From NCBI GenBank assembly GCA_021613535.1, contig CP075497.1, forward strand, positions 2,728,001-2,792,000: 64,000 nt of DNA. The letters run 5' to 3'. The notes beneath the pieces are model-generated. The model was given only the letters and a program-made list of their open reading frames with translations. It was not told the DNA's origin and did no database searches. Positions 13,002 through 25,071 of this stretch are shown piece by piece. The stretch is from Adineta vaga. Its lineage: Eukaryota; Animalia; Rotifera. The translations under genes were made by a program, and so were the position numbers. Position 1 is the first letter of the stretch; each line of letters opens with the position of its first letter.

Positions 13002-14608
13002 CTATTGATTGGATTTCAAATCTGTTTCACTTAGTATTGCTACACCACCACTTGTTCGAAACGATTTATTCCAATCAGTAACACATAATGTTCCATTTGA
13101 TAAAAATGTTAATGAATAAGGTTCATAAATAGATTTAAATTTATATGATTTAGCAGTTGAACATTCATGAACTGAAATTAAATTATGATTAGCTTTATCT
13201 GGTATTAAACATTGCCGGGCATCATCCACATAAATTGAATAAGCTTGTAATCGAGCAGGTCCATCCCAAACTCGTTTTGTCGTTCCACTAGGAACATCTT
13301 TTTCCTGTAACTGACATTTATCATGACGATGTGTTACTACAAATGATGTATTATCAGAGAGAAAATATGCTGCATAAGGATAGATTTTTTGATAAGGTTG
13401 CGAAGTTACAGATTGTTCGTTAAATGACCAACTACCAATTTCAGTTAAATCTTTATCAAGATAAACAACACGTTCACCAGATGGATCACAAGCTACAATA
13501 CATCAAATAATTTCTATTTTTTTCTCTTCTTATTACACAATGTTTTCGAATATGTATACCTGCAATAATATCGGCCTCTTTTAAATATTGAACATTCCAA
13601 GGATAAAATCCTCGAATTTTACTGCGTACAATCACTTTACTCGTTTCTAAATCTAAAATAGCGATTTCTTTCTTTGTTGCAACAATAGCTTGTGATGGAT
13701 TTGTTGAATATAATCGAACATCTTTTGGTGCAGGTAAATCTCGATATAACTGATAAGTAACACCATTTAAATCGATAAGAACAATTGTATCACGATCATA
13801 ATTAGCAACTAATAAACGATCATCATTTAATGCACATATACCTGTTGGTGATCCAAATTTCTGATAATTTGGATCGAAATTACCCGAAAGATTTGATATA
13901 AAATAATCATATTTGTATTTGTCTAAATCATATTTGAACGAATCTGTTGTGACTGTTGATGCAGCCTCAAAACTTTTTGATGATTTGAATATTGGAATCT
14001 TAGATGCGGTTGGGCGTATTTCGGAATCGTTTGTTGAAGGTAATGGTGCTGGAATAACAGCTGGTTTTGTTTCATTTAGATTTGTAGTTTTGAATGCTGG
14101 TGAAAACGATGGAGCATCAGCCTAGAATTCAAGAAACATGTAATCGAAAGATTATTATTTATATATGTTTTTCAAATTTTCAATAGTTAATGACAAAAAC
14201 ACACCGATAGATAACTTGATTGTTTTATTGTTGTCGTTTGCTCAATATTCATCGCGGATTGAGAAACAGGTGTGGGTTGTGAAAAATAAGGATATTGATT
14301 GTATTGAATTTCCAATTGTTGTTGTGGCACTTCAGATTGAAGGGACATATAATATTGTGGTGACATTTGTATATTATAATTAACTGGTAATGGTCCAATA
14401 TCTTGTGGCGGATAATACGATATTTGTTGTGCCGGTAGATGGATTCCTTGTTGATACTGATAACTCTACAAAGATATGAAATACGTGAAACAAAAAATAA
14501 ACAAATGTTTTTTTTTACATAATCTGCTGGTTGAAATGAAGGGAAATTTTGTTGATCTGAATAATTTCCATTTCCATATGAATTTATTTCATTTGGATTG
14601 TGCGACAT
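13002..14608 (-). CDS. Q/P/Y-rich N-terminus + PAM2-like motif + NHL-type beta-propeller, 4 exons
   Basis: FGSPTGICALNDDRLLVANYDRDTIVLIDLNG, PKDV, YPWNV and EPYSLTFLSNGTLCVTDW resemble NHL blades. SYLS|ADAPSFSP is formed across intron 14122-14204. Confidence 0.75.
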
Positions 14609-14894
14609 GATAAAATCTGAAATAAAAGACGCAATTTAATTTTTCATTACGTTGAATCATTTATTCTCCTAGTATATTAAGGTAAAAACAAGGAAAAAAA
14701 CAAAAGGTAGCGCATTTATTATTTGAAAGAGAAAAGAAAACGAGTCTGTTATTTAACAATTTTCTCATTGGTTTAAAAATGAAGCCAATTAGAATGTATC
14801 AATCATTACTTGATTTACTTTATTGAAGACGTACGAGACAAATAGATAGAAAATACTTTCATTTCTTTTTCTGTTGTTTGACAAACAAGCTTAA

Positions 14895-17800
14895 ATGTTT
14901 CCAAACGCAGCACCATCACGGCCAACTCGACCAACATTACCTGCTCTACATCCTGTTTCAAATTGGAATGTTGTACTCTATCGCAAAACGGAATCGGCTC
15001 CTTCATCGCATTCCTATGATCCATCTCAAACAACCTATGGATCATTTTACATTCAATTACAACAACAAGCATGTTCATCTTCGCCGAGTCGTTCAGATGT
15101 ACTGTGTTTACGTTATCAATCTCAACAACAAAAGAATACGCTTGATTCTTATGCATTACCATTTACAGTAACACAATTAACTGATGTAAATTTATCACCT
15201 GAATCAGTACCATTGTCATCAACGCTAGCAGCAGCATCATCATCTGCATCATCAAGATTTTATAATTCGGATCAACAAAGTGTTCGTAAGTTGATTAAGA
15301 ATGAATCGTAAACTTCTTGCGTGAGAACGTTTTTTCTCGAATATAAATTTACTTCTCACATGCAACATGAAACCGACTGTAACATTACAGTCGAAAACTT
15401 ATAATTAATAATTTTATATTAGAGTTTTCCGGTAAGACAAAAACATTCTTGCATGAAATCAAAAACAAAGGTTAATTTATTCAATTTGATAAATCTAATC
15501 GTCTATGATATTTTGTCACAATAAGAATGAATTTGTTGATGAAAAAAAGTCATATTAATCAAGTCCGTTCTAACTGATTAGCATTCTCGTATTGTTGACA
15601 TCTGATGCATTTCTTTCAATATTCATCGCCTCATTTATTGTCAGAATGTTTTGAAGTTTGAAGGAAAATATGAATGAGAATATTGTCAAACTTTTGTTTT
15701 GTTTTTCGAAGGAATTAATGCGTCATCGGATAATCCGTTTTCATTATTACTCCGTGCGAAAGCTTTTCTTGGAGTATTGGTTCTTAACAATTCCACCAAC
15801 AGTACTACAGCTAATAGTTTGTATTGAATTTTATGAAAAATAAAAGAGAATTTATATTATGAGTGTTTATTTTAGCTGCTGGAATTATTCGTCCATTTAT
15901 GATCTTTGTTACTGAAGATGTCTGTATGGGACAATTATTCGATGCTCACATCTTTCGTATGAATATGAAATAGAATTGTTTATGCGCGATAATGATTGTC
16001 TTTTTCAGGTATTGCACAAGTAGCAACAATATCTCTTCGAGATAATCCAGAAGATGAAGTTTATATTGCTGGAATAAAGTAATGAAATGAGATAAATTGT
16101 TGAGAGATGAATTATTGATTGATATTTAAATTTTAGAAAATTATTTCAAGGACGATGTTTTTATTATTCAACTGATATTAAACAAGAATCAAATATGAAT
16201 CGACGTTATTTTAATAAACCTTATGATATTACATTATGTGCTCAACGTATGGTTCAAGGACATGATTCTGATATACGATTCTTTTGGTTTGTTTAAAGTC
16301 TATTGGTTTTGTGGAAGAATGAATTCATATTTTCTTTTTTTTAGGAATCGTGGTTTATGTTTACCGTTGTTAAAATATAATATAGATATTCGTTATTGGA
16401 TACCGAAAGTAATGTGTGGTGGAATTGAAAAATGTCGAAGTCAAAGTGATGAAATTGATATTTGGTTAATATCTCGGTAGATGAACGTTTCGTTTTTCTT
16501 CTTCATTTGAAATGATGTTTGGTTGTTATTTAGATTAAGTTGTGAACGTGCTGGAACAAGATTTAATGTTCGTGGTGTGAATGATGATGGTGCTGTAGCT
16601 AATTTTGTTGAAACAGAACAAGTGAATCGAAAGAATTCTTTGAAAAAATAATTTCTTTTCTTCTATTTAAGGTTGTTCTTCTTTATCGACAACATAATTA
16701 TTCTTCCTTTGTTATTGTTCGTGGTTCAATTCCATTATTTTGGCATCAACCACGTCTTCAAGTAAGAGGATCGATTTACAAAAAAAAAGCAGTCGATTTG
16801 ATTTCTATTTGAATTTAGGTTGGTACTCATCGAATTACAATATCACGAAGTGAAGCACTTAGTTTTAAAGCTTTCTTCGAGTAAATTCAATCCTTTTTTC
16901 AATTCAAATTCCATATATTTCCTTTTTTTTTCGATAGACACTTTAAACATCTCTATCGTCATTATGGTCGTGTATTAGTTGTTAATTTAGTTGAACAACG
17001 TGATAATGAAAAACGCATTGGTGATGAATATCGAAATTTATTTCATTTACTGGTTAAAACTTATAAACAAGCACAACAATCTCATCGGCCATGTCTTGGA
17101 CATTTAACTGAACGAGATTTTATTTGGTTTGATTATCATGAACAATCACGAACGATAAAAAACTGTACACCGGAACAATTTGTTCGAAAAATGCTGATTG
17201 AAAATGCACAATATTCAATTGAACATGCTCTTCAACAACAAAGTATATTTACATATATTGATAATACAACTATTAGTTTACAACAAGGAATCTTTCGTAT
17301 AAATTGTATTGATTGTCTTGATCGAACAAATAATGTACAATTAACAATTGGTCTAAGTGTTTTATTTATACAATTAAAAAGTTTAAGAAAACAAATTAAT
17401 TCAAATAGTTTATTCGATCAATTGAAAGACATGTGGATCAATAATGGAGATCATATTAGTAGGATTTATACTGGCACTGGTGCATTAGGACAAAGAAGTA
17501 TAGTAAGAATACATTTTCTTCATTTATCAGATATGAAACATATAAAAATGTTCTCATTTGTTTTCTTGTACTTAGGCAAAAGATATACAACGAAGTGTTG
17601 GTCGAGCCATTCAAAACAATTTACGTGATGATGAAAAACAACAATCAATGCAAACATTAATTTATACATATTCGAAAGATTCCTATTTACATGAACGTTC
17701 AGTTGCTGCACTTCTAACACCTTATGTTATATGTAGTTTTATTTTTGTTCAGTTTTTTTCATTATATAAAATTATTTTCTTCTAGCTGATGGTTTGATTT

Positions 17801-20800
17801 TAACGGAAATGTTTAAAACTCGTCGAAATTATATTCGAAAAGAAGAAATTCGAATATCTGTCGGTACATGGAATATAAATGGTGATAAAAATCCAGCATT
17901 AGAACATGAATATCCATCGATATTGGATGCTTGGATATTGAATGGAGCAGAAAATATGTCGTCGGATTTGAGAAAAACGAATGCGATTGAAACCAAAGGT
18001 TTGTTGAATGAAAAACAAAAACATAGAGCAGATGATTTGTTTGTAGAAAGAGTTTGATCTTTTTTAGGATTTGTAGCGAATGATTATAAGAAATCAATGC
18101 CGAGTATATTGGCAATTGGATTTCAAGAAATTTGTGATTTAACAGCAACGAATATGGTTTGGCAAAGGTGAAGATAGTTTGTTTTGGGAAAATGTTTAGT
18201 TGATTTTTATTTGTCGATTTGAATTAGTTCGGTGAATGCAACTCGATGGGTTGATAATGTTCAAAATCATTTTAAAAGAGCTTATCCAAATGATGAATAT
18301 ATTCTCTTAGGTAATGATCAATTAGTTGGTGTTTGTTTAGCAATATTTATTCGACGAGATCTAGCACCATTTGTCAAGTATATTGAGAAAGAAATCGTGC
18401 TTTCATAAGATGTTTTTATTTTATATTTTTTTAGAAATATTGCTGTTGATTCGGTTAAAACTGGAATGGGTGGTAAATTAGGCAATAAAGGTTGTGTAAG
18501 TATTCATTTCCGTTTTTCAGAACTAATCAACAATATTTGTTCATTATTCTAATGTCAATATTTTTAGTCTACATTTTCATATAATCAAATAGAGATAAAA
18601 ATCCATAAGTTTAAGACCATTAAACACGAATATTTATTTCAATAGAATACAGCATTGCCTACGAAATGCACTCAACGTCGAATAATATCAGAAGAATGAC
18701 AATAATGCATTCATTCTATAGATAGAGTATAGACTTATTTTACATGCGATTACAGAGAGTATCTCTCCTTGAAATAGGTCACAAAACTTTTCTTCTTGTA
18801 ATTAACTCAATCTGTTACCACCATAATCGACTGAAAAATCTTTCGAATGAAAAAAATATTCTTCTTCTTTAGGTTGCTATTCGTCTAGTTCTACATAATA
18901 CGTCGATCTGTTTCATATGTGCTCATTTTACTGCGGGACAAAATGAATATAATGAACGAAATAAAGATTATAAATCAATTATGGAAAAATTATCATTTCC
19001 ACCGGTATGTAATGCGTTCGATTTGGTTTGATTAAAGATTCGTTTTTGTAGCCATCGCGAGCTTTATGGCATGATCATATATTCTTTCTTGGTGATTTTA
19101 ATTATCGTTTAACAATTTCACGTACACAAGTTGAACATCTCGTTCGAAATGAATCTTTTATGCAATTACTCGAATATGATCAATTAAGAAATGAACATGC
19201 TGAAGGAAAAGTTAGTATTATTGATTTTGTTCTTTCAAATCAAATAAATTCTTTTCGTTTTCTTCCTTATAGGTCTTTCGAGAATTTCGTGAAGGTCCTG
19301 TCAATTTTCCACCTACCTATAAATATGATATCGGATCTGATGTGTATGATACGAGTGAAAAAGCACGAACACCATCGTATACTGATCGTATTCTTTGGCG
19401 TAGTATCTCATCCGATGTTCAATGTAAACAATTGTATTATGGTCGTGCTGAAGTGAAAACATCGGATCATCGTCCTGTAAGTTCAATGTTCGATGCAGAA
19501 GTTGAAATCTGTGATGAAACAAGAATGCATCAAGAATATGTTAATATATACAAAAGATTAGCACCATCTAATGCAGTGATTATCTATGATATGCGTGCTG
19601 ACTTATCTCAAAGAAGAACTCAATTAATCGATGAATTTGATTCATATGTCAAGAGAAAATATGGATTAAATATTCCAATTATTGATCGATTGTAAGATGA
19701 TTTCTATGTTTGTTCAAGTTAATAGAATGATTGTTTTTTTGTAACTATAGTTTTACTTCAAATTCTCGATGTCTTTCATTACATATGTTTTTTGAAAATG
19801 GTGATCATGCTCGAAGAGCAATGGAACCCAAAGAAGATCAAGTAGATTTGAATATTAAAAAGCAAATCAATAATTGTGTTGTTTTTCTTTTGATTGATTT
19901 TAGCTTCCAAGTGGAGTTTATTTTAGTAAACAATTAGTGAATTTAAATGAAGATTTTGCTTTAGCACAAAAATTAAATCTTCTCTTCTCGGATGCTGATG
20001 AAACAATGTATGCTGAATCAATTGCTTAGTTCGTATTCCATTCTCGAACAATTCTCTAATTAATCATGTTTTCTTTTTAGTGATCTTGGTGCTTATCAAC
20101 AACCCGCACGTGAAGCACTTTCCACATTACAAGATGTAACTATTGCTGGTCTTGGTAAGGAATCGTTTTCTTCTTTCTTGCGTTATAAAACTTCCAATCC
20201 GTAGCGCGTACTCTCTCTGATTTTGTCATACTACAAACTATGAATGATAGACGTAGTTTACCATTCTTACCCGATTTCGATCCTTTGAAATTCACTGGTA
20301 ATAAACGTGAAAGAATTTTTGGCATGGCTATCAACATAATCTTACAAATACATCATTTTAACAAATAAATCGCATGAAAAAGCCTTACTGATATAAACTC
20401 AATCAATGAAGATGATGATAATGATATTTATATTCTCTTCTTCTAGTATCTGAGGAGAATTCTATGAATCAATCATCAGAAGATTTAGAAAATCTTCAAA
20501 TTCTTAGAGATTTTGAGCACACATTTCAACAACAATGTCGTCTTCATGGAAGTGTTATTCTCATGGATTCTGATGAAGAAGAGAACGAACCATCAGACAG
20601 TTCAGACGATGAATATTCATATGATACAAGAAAACATGGATTAGGACCAGTAAAACTTTATTTAAAAGAACAATTAGGTGCTCGACCAGCATAGTCGTTA
20701 TAGACGAATGAAACAATCGCGAATGAAAAAACATGGTTTACCAATCAATTATGGAAGTATTCATACAAAAGAAATTCGATTTTCATTAAGAACTGAGAAA

Positions 20801-21913
20801 ACACAACGAAAACAAGAAGAAAATATACCGACATATCTTCATAACATGATGGAAGAATTACCAAAATCGATCGCATTTCTTTCATTAGATGCTCAACATC
20901 CGATTGTATCGAATCATGTAGATAAAACAAATGAAAGCAAACAAAAAATAAACACATCACGATTACATAACATAAAACATAAAGTTAAAAAATCATTAAA
21001 ACGAACAAAAAAAGAGGAACATTCGTCGAGTATCGCTAAAGTACAAATAGCAATCAATGACTCTGATTCGAGTGAAAATACGGATAGTGATGAATTCTAA
21101 TTCTTTATTCAAATAAATTTTCCCAATTTTTTCATGAATATCTTCTTCTGAATATTAAAATTTCACATGGATTTTCGTTTTTATAGTTGCTAATGAAGAA
21201 TCAACGCTTCCGTCTACTGAACAGGAAGTGGATCAATATCAAAAACAAGAAAAAATTAGTGAATTAATTTCATTCGATTCTGATCATTCAACATTGAATA
21301 ATAATGTAAGTAATGAAATGTGAAGATGATAAAAAGAAATAGATTAAATACTTTCGAAACTATTTCAGACATTATTCAATGAAAATTCCTTTGATCCACT
21401 CCATTTTGCAGCAAAATCCGTATCAAATGATGTAAAAACAAGTATGTTTCTTATTCTTATTCAAGAAAAAAAAGAATTTCATATTTTAATGTTATATATA
21501 TATATATATATTCATTAGATGGAGATAATTTGTTATCCTTTGATCAGAATCCATCCTCGACTAAATCCAGATTCTATATCGATCCATTCGATATGCTTTC
21601 TGAACCTTCTCACCAAACAAATTCAACATTGCTGATGAATCATAAAAATCTTCAAAATCAAAGTATTTTTTATCATCATCATCCACCACCACCACCGCCG
21701 CCAGCACCACAACATCAATTCATACCATCACGACCAGCACCACCTGCCCCACGACCGATTGCTCCTCCTCCATCTATTCAACGACCGTTAACCTTAGAAA
21801 ATCTTAATCTAAATCCAAATAATTACAACAATGATAACATATCAAATGATTTACTTGATTTAGGAGATCCTGGTTCACCACCTCCTAGCCCTAAATTTGA
21901 TCCTTTTGGTTAA
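14895..21913 (+). CDS. SYNJ1: Synaptojanin (SAC phosphatase + inositol 5-phosphatase + Pro-rich endocytic tail), many exons
   Basis: SAC: [51 protein letters not shown] (CX5R). 5-phosphatase: [54 protein letters not shown]. Tail carries DPF motifs. Confidence 0.95.
20447..21100 (+). CDS. Candidate alternative terminal exon(s) of synaptojanin (acidic/basic tail)
   Basis: Phase-1 acceptor ttctag at 20446 is in frame with ORF 20464. A 28-nt GT-AG (20650-20677) joins it to ORF 20678-21100. AATAAA follows at about 21112. Confidence 0.5.
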
Positions 21914-22298
21914 CTAAATTCTTTCGATAATTTTCTATAAACATCTCTATCTTAACCTTATCTCTCCGATTATCTTCATTCCTGTGATATATATTTCTAT
22001 TTATCCGTTCTATGTACACGTACATGTCTTCTATCTTTCTTTCTTTCAGCTATTCTGTTAGTACATCAATATATTGTATATTTACCTATTTTCATTCAAA
22101 ATTTATCGCTCTAAGTAAACGTGATTGTATGTGTACACTAGTCGAAACGATTTTTTCTCTCAAGTCATTCCATAAATCGCAAAGAAAAAAGTATCAGAGA
22201 AATATTTTACCGCTCTTATTCTCTTTAAATGATTCGTTCTTTCGTTTTTTTCTTCTTCTTTATATTTGTAGATTCCATTCGATTTCAATTAATTAACA

Positions 22299-24613
22299 AT
22301 GAAATTCGATACATTTCTGGCCACAGTTGGTGATTGGGGTAAATTTCAAAAGGTTAAATATACTTTAATATGTTTAACGTATATGCTTCCACCAATTATG
22401 GTTTATACATATACATTTACCGCAGCTATACCTGATTTCCAGTGTGCAGGTACGGAAAGTTATGTTAACAATAATTATACTACAGAAACATATCGGAATT
22501 TTAAACCATCGAAGGAGCAATGTAAAAGTGAAAAAAAACATCTTTCACTTTTGGAATGTCAACGTTGTTATGCGAATACAACTCAATCACCATCATTGGA
22601 AAAATGTACTCAATTTATTTATGATAGAACGCATTATACGAAAACTTTAGTTGAAGAAGTAAAACTGTTTTTTTTTCTATTCTTAGAATTCAGTTTTTAA
22701 TTGTTCTTTTTCTGCTAGTGGACAATGGTTTGTGATCGTGTTAAATTACGATCAACAGCACAAATGGTCTTTTTTGTTGGTTATATGGTTGGATCAGTTT
22801 TCTTCGGAATGTTAGCTGACAAGTAAGTTATCAAAGAAAAAAAATCGAAATGACACAGACAATCTTTTCTTCTATGATTAGATATGGTCGTCGTCCTGTT
22901 ATGAGTGTTAGCTTCATTCTTATTACTATATCTGGCTTTTTATGTGCATATGGCCCTCAACTGTCACGAAATACTAATATATCTTATATTTTTCGTTGTT
23001 GCTCGATTTCTACTTGCTTGTGCAACGCGAGGTGTATCAGTTTCAGGATTTGTACTCGGCTCGGAAATTGGTAAGATTTTCTAATTTAAGATTTTCTTTT
23101 ATTCAAAATATCTTTCATTGATTTTAGTGGGTCCGAGTAAACGTTTATTAACTGGAATCGTTATTGAATATTTCTTTTCATTTGGCCAATTATTTCTGGT
23201 TTTATTCGCATATTTTATTCGTACATGGCGTGCATTAACAGGTGCAATATCTTTATTTACTGTCCCGTTTATGGTCTTTTATTTGTAAGTGAGAACTGAA
23301 TTATCGATGCAAATTTAAAGAAAACAAATCAATATGTTTTTAGTATTCTACCTGAAAGTCCTCGATGGCTGATTAGTAAAGGACGATTTGATGAAGCAGA
23401 AAAAATTCTACGTCGAATTGCTGTTATTAATAAAAGAAATTTTGATCGAGATGCTTATCAACAAGTCAAAGATGAACAGGAAAAAGTTCGTTTTACTTTT
23501 CGGAATCAATGAAATGAATTTGTTATTCATTTAGAGTATGTTGAATAAAACTAATCAAGAAGGAATTCTTAGTTTAGTTAAATCGAAAATTATGCTTATC
23601 ATTAGTTTAAATCTTTTCTTTCAATGGTATTCAACAAAAAACGTTTTTATACATAATTAATCTTCCTTGTTTCTTTAGGCTTGTTCAAAATTTAGTCTTC
23701 TACGGTGTATCACAAAATACAGGTCTAAGAAAGAATCTTTTCGTTTTCTATTCAAATCTTCTTTTTTTTCTAGGTTCATGGGAATTAAATCCCTATTTAT
23801 CATTTACTATCAGTGCATTGGTAGAATTACTTGCATATATTGTTGTTCATTTGATTCTTGATCGTGTTGGTCGTAAATTACCTTATTGTTTATTTGCAAC
23901 ACTCTTTGGTATTGTGGCAATACTTATTTTACCTGTACAAAAATTCATGACAAAAGACAGTCAAGGTTTGTTTATATCCACTTGACGATTTTTTGTTGAA
24001 AAAGAAAAGAAGTGTAATTGAAACTTTTTCTTTTCAGTTCAACAATATACTATGAATACAATTAATGCTTCATTGAAATTTTTTACATCAGCATCTTATG
24101 CAATTATTTATATTTATGCTAATGAACTTTTTCCAACGAACTTAAGAAATACAGGCATGGGTATTTGTTCAATGGTCGCACGTATTGGTGCAATTATTGG
24201 AACACTTTGTAATGATTCATTAGTAAGTAGAAATGAATTTTATGGGATGTTTGTTTTTCTATTCCTATGAAATTCTAGGCTCGTATTTGGATGCATCTTC
24301 CTATTCTTCTCTATGGTATTGTTTCATTAATAGCCGCAGTTTTAGCTTTAATGCTTCCTGAAACATTACATAAACCATTACCACAATCAGTTGCTGAAGT
24401 TGAACGAATGACATTCATTGGGTAAATTGAAAATCGAATTTTACATGTATTGGTCTTTTTTCTTAAAACTTTAGTAGTCGTGGCGGAAAAGCTCAAAGTA
24501 TGATCACAGATGGTACGGGACATGAAGCTCAATCTTTAACAGGAAATAATGAAGATATTATACTGAAAGATCAATTATATCAAAATAGTTTTAATGAGAA
24601 TGAAAAATTATGA
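22299..24613 (+). CDS. SLC22/organic cation transporter (MFS), multi-exon, one apparent frameshift near 22990
   Basis: MKFDTFLATVGDWGKFQK, TLVEEWTMVCDR, ADKYGRRP, LPESPRWL, DRVGRK, YANELFPTNLRNTGMG..ARIGAI, LPETLHKPLPQS. Confidence 0.93.
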
Positions 24614-24976
24614 TCTGTTTTTTAGATGTTTCGCTTTTTTTCTTGTTTTGTGAATCTCAATACAAGATTTTATTGTTCAATGTTGGTATTTTTTATTTGT
24701 TTCAATATATAATACATAAATTTATATTAATAGTATTCGTCTGGTGTGTCGCTTTTTCTTTTTTCTTCTAGTCAAAGGATATAATTATTTGTAATCCTTT
24801 TTTTTTCTTCTTCTGCATGTTTGAACTTTGCATTTTTTTCTTCGTCTGGTATTATTCTAAAGAAAATAAAAACAATGTTAGCATATCGAACTATTGATGT
24901 ATATGAGACGATTTGTATTTTGTTGATGAATAAAAAATGAATGAAATTTATGATCTAATTTGATACTAAAGCGCGA

Positions 24977-25071
24977 CAGGTGACCGTGAATTACAGGGAC
25001 GATTTTGTACAAAAGAATTAAACTATTTGATCATGTCTGTATCGTTGTCCGACCGCGAAATTCGAGGCTGT
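24977..25071 (-). mobile_element. Possible short non-autonomous element relic
   Basis: CpG-rich patch in AT-rich DNA. The minus strand starts ACAGCCTCGAATTTC and ends TCACCTG, which I recall as termini of a dispersed bdelloid repeat. Unverified. Confidence 0.25.

Noticed and set aside
20659-20668. T TTA AAA slippery site for -1 frameshifting
   Set aside because: The downstream ORF is in the +1 frame and has TAG directly before it, so a -1 shift would not reach it.
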